Assembly: GCA_913044235.1 (NCBI GenBank)
Contig: CAJWOS010000003.1
Span: 1-41,121 of the forward strand
Direction: 5' to 3'
DNA: 41,121 nucleotides
Origin: an uncultured Pseudomonadota bacterium
Lineage (GTDB): Bacteria > Myxococcota_A > UBA796 > UBA2385
Under the pieces are notes generated by a model. That model saw only the letters and a program-made list of their open reading frames with translations. It did no database searches and was not told where the DNA came from. Below are positions 38,047 through 41,121 of this stretch, in pieces (the stretch's first letter is position 1; every line of letters begins with the position of its first letter). Position numbers and translations under genes: made by a program.

Positions 38047-38158
38047 CCGCCTCGGCGGTGCTTCCATCGTCCCGCACGCGGCGAGCTTCGGCACGCAGCC
38101 GGTGGGGCGATTGGACGCCAGGCCGGCTGTCGGTGTATGAAGGAGCGCGAATCCGGAA

Positions 38159-38875
38159 GTGGTTTTGGCCTCCGACGTACCCCATGTCTCGTTCCTCGGT
38201 TTTGGCGCGCTCCTCGGCCGCATCGACGCGGAGTCGATCGCTGTCGAGCCGACCTTGCGCTCGTCATGGGGCGTGTTCGACCGCTCTGGTGTCGAGCGAG
38301 CGACGGTCTCCGTTGCGACCGAGAGTACAGAGAAGACCACCGCAATGGTGGTCGAGGCGGAGTCTACTGGCACGGATGGAGACCGGTGGGTGACCCGAGC
38401 CGACGTGGTCACCGAGCGAGAAGCGCCCTTCGGCCTGCGGGATTGGTGGCTCGAGGCCTACGCCACCGACCGCCATCGACAGCTTCGACCGAGCACTCGG
38501 ATGGTCGAGCGGGGTGCGATTGTGCGCGGGCGTGTGCGGTGGTCGGGTGTCGTGCGTCCTGAGCCGACAGTGGGGCGGCAGCCCACGTGCGTATCTTGGG
38601 CATGGACCCGGCTTGCAGAACATGATGCGGAGACGCAGGGGCCACCCATTCGAGTGCTCCATGTCCTCGATGGTCTCTCGTGTTTTGCCCCAGACGTTCG
38701 CTGGCAGGCCTGTGGTCGGGTGGTGTGGAACGGCGCGGAGCTCCGCGGGTTTCGAGTATTCGGCCCGTCGTACCCGGTCCGGCATATTTGGGTGGGGCCG
38801 GGCGGTGCCGCCCTCTTTGAGCTTGGACTCGACCGGGCATTGGTTCGGCACGGGCTCCTTGAGGGGGGCCGATGA
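38159..38875 (+). CDS. Hypothetical protein
   Basis: Fills the gap between icd and the sulfatase-like gene and has an ATGA overlap with the latter. No family recognised; start uncertain. Confidence 0.55.
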   Translation: MVLASDVPHVSFLGFGALLGRIDAESIAVEPTLRSSWGVFDRSGVERATVSVATESTEKTTAMVVEAESTGTDGDRWVTRADVVTEREAPFGLRDWWLEAYATDRHRQLRPSTRMVERGAIVRGRVRWSGVVRPEPTVGRQPTCVSWAWTRLAEHDAETQGPPIRVLHVLDGLSCFAPDVRWQACGRVVWNGAELRGFRVFGPSYPVRHIWVGPGGAALFELGLDRALVRHGLLEGGR

Positions 38876-40242
38876 GTCCCTGGTCTCGTCGTCAGGTTCT
38901 CGGAGCGGTCCCCGGTGCTGCGGCAGGTACGGGATGGTCGACATCGTCTCGGGCGAGTGGTCATCGCTGGAACCTTCTGTGTGTGGTGATCGACGCTTTG
39001 CCAGCGATGGTGGTGGCACCACACCCCAACGATCCGAGAGGGATGTGGGCGGGTGCGATGCCGGGCCTGGGGGCTCTGGCGCACCGTGGATTTGGGTTTC
39101 GACGAGCCCAAGCGGTGCATCCGGAACCGCTGCCCGGACTTGCGGCGCTATGGACAGGGCGACCAGGCAGTGAGACCGGTGCCATGGTGAGCGGCCTCCC
39201 TGTCAGTCGCCGCTGGCCGGTCGTGACGGACTGGATCGCCGGCCATGGCGCGGTGGATGTCTGGACAGCAGGCGGTCCGTCCATCCCAGGGCGAACACCA
39301 GGGCGCTCGGTCAAGGTGCTGCTCTCGGGGAACCACCTCGCGATGCCGGGCAACCTGGACTCGGCACAGGCGATGGCCCATGCCATCCGCAATCGGGCAC
39401 CGGGACGTCCCTGGCTGGGGATGTTGCGCCTGCGGGGACTCTCGGCGTTGGATGCCGCTGTGGCGTCGTGGGCGGGGATGAAGCGCGCCCCAGACCTGGG
39501 CCTACCGGAGCGAGAGCTGCCACCCGCGCCGGATCGCACGATCCCGGCTGATGAGCCGAGCCTGATCGCATCGGCGGTGCGGGCTGGCTCACCGTCTGCC
39601 CACTGGCCAGAGCCCATGTGGCGTCACTATCTGTGGTGTGCCCGCGGGATGCTCGCAGAGCTGGATCGGGTCCTCACCATGGTCCTCGATACCCTCGCAG
39701 GAAGCATCCACGCGGAGACCACGACGGTCATCGTCACCGCAGCCAGTGGCCATCCGCTCGGTCATCACGGCTTGGTGCGCAGCCGTGCGCCCTATGCCTC
39801 CACCCTCGAGGTGCCATGGGTGATGACTGGGCCCCCTCCTGGCAGGTCGTCGGCCCTGGTCAGCGGACTCGACTTTGCGCCCACGGTCTGCGACCTACTC
39901 GGCGCGCCACCGATGCCTGATGCGCGAGGTGTCAGTGTGCGGCCGCTGCTCGGTCCCGCAGCCGTCCCTTGGCGGAAGGGGGTGCGCTCGGAGTCCCTGG
40001 TCGATGGACGGACCCTTCGGACCGAGGAGTTCGCGTACATCCGCATGGTCGGAGACATCGCTGAGATGCTGTTTCACATGGAAAACGATCCGCTTCAGCT
40101 CGACAATCTCGCGCTTGACAGAGGCTATGCCTCGGCAGTCGAGTCGCATCGAGCCATGCTTGATGATCTCGGTCGGCAGCTGCGGCCCACCTCCACTGCT
40201 GGCGCTGGGTTCCGCGGTCTACCGGCAGCACTCCAGCGCTGA
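38872..40242 (+). CDS. Sulfatase-fold (alkaline phosphatase superfamily) protein with Tat-like signal and degenerate active site
   Basis: SRRQVLG; NLLCVVID; AALWTGR; TTVIVT..GH.LGHHG; VSGLDFAPTVCDLLG..P....GVS.RPLL; LFHMENDP.QLDNLA. Confidence 0.8.
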   Translation: MSPWSRRQVLGAVPGAAAGTGWSTSSRASGHRWNLLCVVIDALPAMVVAPHPNDPRGMWAGAMPGLGALAHRGFGFRRAQAVHPEPLPGLAALWTGRPGSETGAMVSGLPVSRRWPVVTDWIAGHGAVDVWTAGGPSIPGRTPGRSVKVLLSGNHLAMPGNLDSAQAMAHAIRNRAPGRPWLGMLRLRGLSALDAAVASWAGMKRAPDLGLPERELPPAPDRTIPADEPSLIASAVRAGSPSAHWPEPMWRHYLWCARGMLAELDRVLTMVLDTLAGSIHAETTTVIVTAASGHPLGHHGLVRSRAPYASTLEVPWVMTGPPPGRSSALVSGLDFAPTVCDLLGAPPMPDARGVSVRPLLGPAAVPWRKGVRSESLVDGRTLRTEEFAYIRMVGDIAEMLFHMENDPLQLDNLALDRGYASAVESHRAMLDDLGRQLRPTSTAGAGFRGLPAALQR

Positions 40243-40251
40243 GTGGTCGCG

Positions 40252-41121
40252 TCAGGTCTGGGTGTTGCTTCGTACGGCTCGCAGCGCTTCCATGAACCAG
40301 TCCAGGTCCTGGATCTGCTGCTTGCGTGCTTCAGCCGCCTCGAGCTCGGCCGCCCCCAGTCGTCGTTGAAGCTCTCGGCTGCCGTTCCGCTCCATTTCCT
40401 GGGTCTGGTTCATGTCGGAGAGGCTGCTGGCCAGCTCGTCAATCCGGACTTGAAGGCGGTCGTTCGCTACCCGGGCTTCCGCCAGGATGCGCCGGGTCTG
40501 CTGCTCCACATCCGAGTGGTCCCACTCGATCTCCAGTGGCTCACGCTGCTCGAGCTGCACCGCGAGCTCGAGGGTCCGTGCGCGTTCAGCGTCGAGCTCC
40601 TCACGGAGTTGAGTATTGCGACTTCGCGAAGCTTCGAGTGCCTGATTGGCCTGGTCTCGAGAGATGCGGATGGGCCCGAGCTCCTGCCGCAGTCGGTCGC
40701 GATCTTCCAGCACTGGCACGTGTTGCGTGGCGAGCCGGTTGCGTTCTTCCCGAAGGGCATCCCGTTCCCGACGAAGTGCTTCGTAGTCCGAGGACCACTC
40801 TTGCGAGCGAGAGCGAGAGGCATGCAGGTCTGCGCGTGAGTCCGCGGCTTCTTGGCTGGCGACGGCCAATTGGGCCTGGAGGCGCGTTTGGCTCACGGCC
40901 AGAGTGTCTCGCTCGGTGCGTAGAGCGTCGCGCTCGCGGATGATCTCACTGTTGATCTGGTTGTTGCTTACGCCGTTCTGTTCGAGTCCGGCGGTCGAAC
41001 TGTGCAGCGTGGCGGAACGCGAGGCCAGTGCGTCGCGCTCCTGACGCAGCAGGTTGTTGCTCTCGGTAAGCGCGAGGAGGCGAGCATTCACTGCTTCACT
41101 GCCCGAAGCGATGGTACGCAG
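40252..41121 (-). CDS. Long coiled-coil protein (5' end outside window)
   Basis: Heptad-rich sequence with repeated ERDAL/ERDTL. The frame stays open from 41091 to the window end (LRTIASGSEAV...). Confidence 0.8.
   Translation of the reverse strand: MRTIASGSEAVNARLLALTESNNLLRQERDALASRSATLHSSTAGLEQNGVSNNQINSEIIRERDALRTERDTLAVSQTRLQAQLAVASQEAADSRADLHASRSRSQEWSSDYEALRRERDALREERNRLATQHVPVLEDRDRLRQELGPIRISRDQANQALEASRSRNTQLREELDAERARTLELAVQLEQREPLEIEWDHSDVEQQTRRILAEARVANDRLQVRIDELASSLSDMNQTQEMERNGSRELQRRLGAAELEAAEARKQQIQDLDWFMEALRAVRSNTQT

Overview
A GC-rich, gene-dense bacterial chromosomal window with about 34 CDS. I found no rRNA, tRNA, CRISPR array or mobile element. Gene content (Hanks-type kinase, MopE-like Cys/Asp-repeat plus FG-GAP lipoprotein, many signalling proteins) suggests a Myxococcota-like deltaproteobacterium; this is inference. 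In order: a membrane Ser/Thr kinase (truncated by the window) and an outer-membrane barrel-like gene; a phosphorelay/c-di-GMP block (REC-HDOD, REC-GGDEF, PAS hybrid kinase, REC-Hpt) interleaved with a TPR-cyclophilin lipoprotein; a long plus-strand run with a surface-protein pair, then a DUF4178 / small GK-ending protein / DUF350 / membrane aminopropyltransferase / Tat flavin oxidoreductase / 4-His membrane protein module, two hydrolases and a MalE-MalF fusion; malG, separated from it by two secreted-protein genes; a His-rich Nfu_N protein, a mini flagellar-rod-like protein and a tandem SH3-like protein with an SSB-like tail; a CpxPRA-like locus; a fused PhnY*-PhnZ phosphonate oxygenase; FolE2 fused to an XRE HTH with a palindrome before its start; monomeric isocitrate dehydrogenase; a degenerate Tat sulfatase; and a truncated coiled-coil protein. 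The best candidates for undescribed biology are the envelope-linked aminopropyltransferase module and the FolE2-HTH fusion. All family calls come from motifs recognised by eye; no searches were run.
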